DNA of 63,663 bases, filler included, from Octopus bimaculoides (Eukaryota), in the NCBI RefSeq assembly GCF_001194135.2. It is 6 parts of 4 records of this genome, joined end to end, with 100 filler letters (N's around TTAATTAATTAA, not from the genome) between each part and the next. Parts side by side here need not be neighbours in the genome. Positions count along the whole stretch, not along the records: positions 62,286 to 63,663 come from NW_026316868.1; 5 more parts are not named here. The stretch is one strand, 5' to 3'. Shown piece by piece: positions 63,225 to 63,663 of the stretch; the first letter of the stretch is position 1; each line of letters begins with the position of its first letter. Made by a program: the position numbers and the translations under genes. The notes under the pieces are model-generated. The model was not told where the DNA came from. It searched no databases and saw only the letters and a program-made list of their open reading frames with translations.

Positions 63225-63663
63225 AATAAACTCCTCAGTTGTATTATTATCGAACCGAGAGTTTAAGGTCCTTCCTTAGCACTTACATAACCTTACCCGC
63301 CACCTTGGATTTTCTGGATACCAATACCTCACACACATATATATACACACATATATACACACACATATATATACATGCATATTTGCACACACACACACAC
63401 ACAGGTATATAAATTATATGCATGTCTGTTTATTCAACGCGTCCCTTTCTTCATACAGGCAATCGCGCGAAATCTTACCAACAATTGTTTAATGTATTAA
63501 ATTACAATATATACTGTAGATACACAAAAACACACACATACACACATGTAACTGTGTCCGTATAGTTTCTAGTAGTTTCACTGACATCATGTTTCAAGAT
63601 AACATATACCTCTATATATCTATCTGTCTGTCTGTAAGTCTGTATATTTATCTATGTGTGTGT

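Overview
Eukaryotic, AT-rich DNA saturated with microsatellites. The SINE/LINE repertoire is what I recall from coleoid cephalopods (Octopus-like), which is an inference and not a database result. The window is not one continuous locus: five identical 100-bp linkers (44 N + TTAATTAATTAA + 44 N) join six assembly pieces (1-7535, 7636-23238, 23339-48604, 48705-57560, 57661-62185, 62286-63663). I find no intact, recognisable protein-coding gene, and almost every ORF in the supplied track is a microsatellite read-through or the wrong frame of a transposon relic. The content is mostly decayed transposons: CR1-type, RTE and R4/Dong-type LINEs, Penelope-like elements (PLEs), a Ty3/Gypsy pol fragment, mariner, Tc1, maT and rosa-like transposases, hAT relics and MITEs, and several tRNA-derived SINE families. 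The most interesting signals are: (1) four minimal, probably dimer-dependent type I hammerhead-ribozyme folds of the PLE kind, one with perfectly paired stems but a non-canonical CUGUUGA core; (2) a three-part R4/Dong-Gypsy-SINE chimera inside a (TTA)n tract; (3) two convergent, homologous TATA-box modules that look like solo LTRs; (4) a three-motif module repeated in inverted orientation with different spacers; (5) a tentative spliced gene for a 44-aa hydrophobic or secreted micropeptide.
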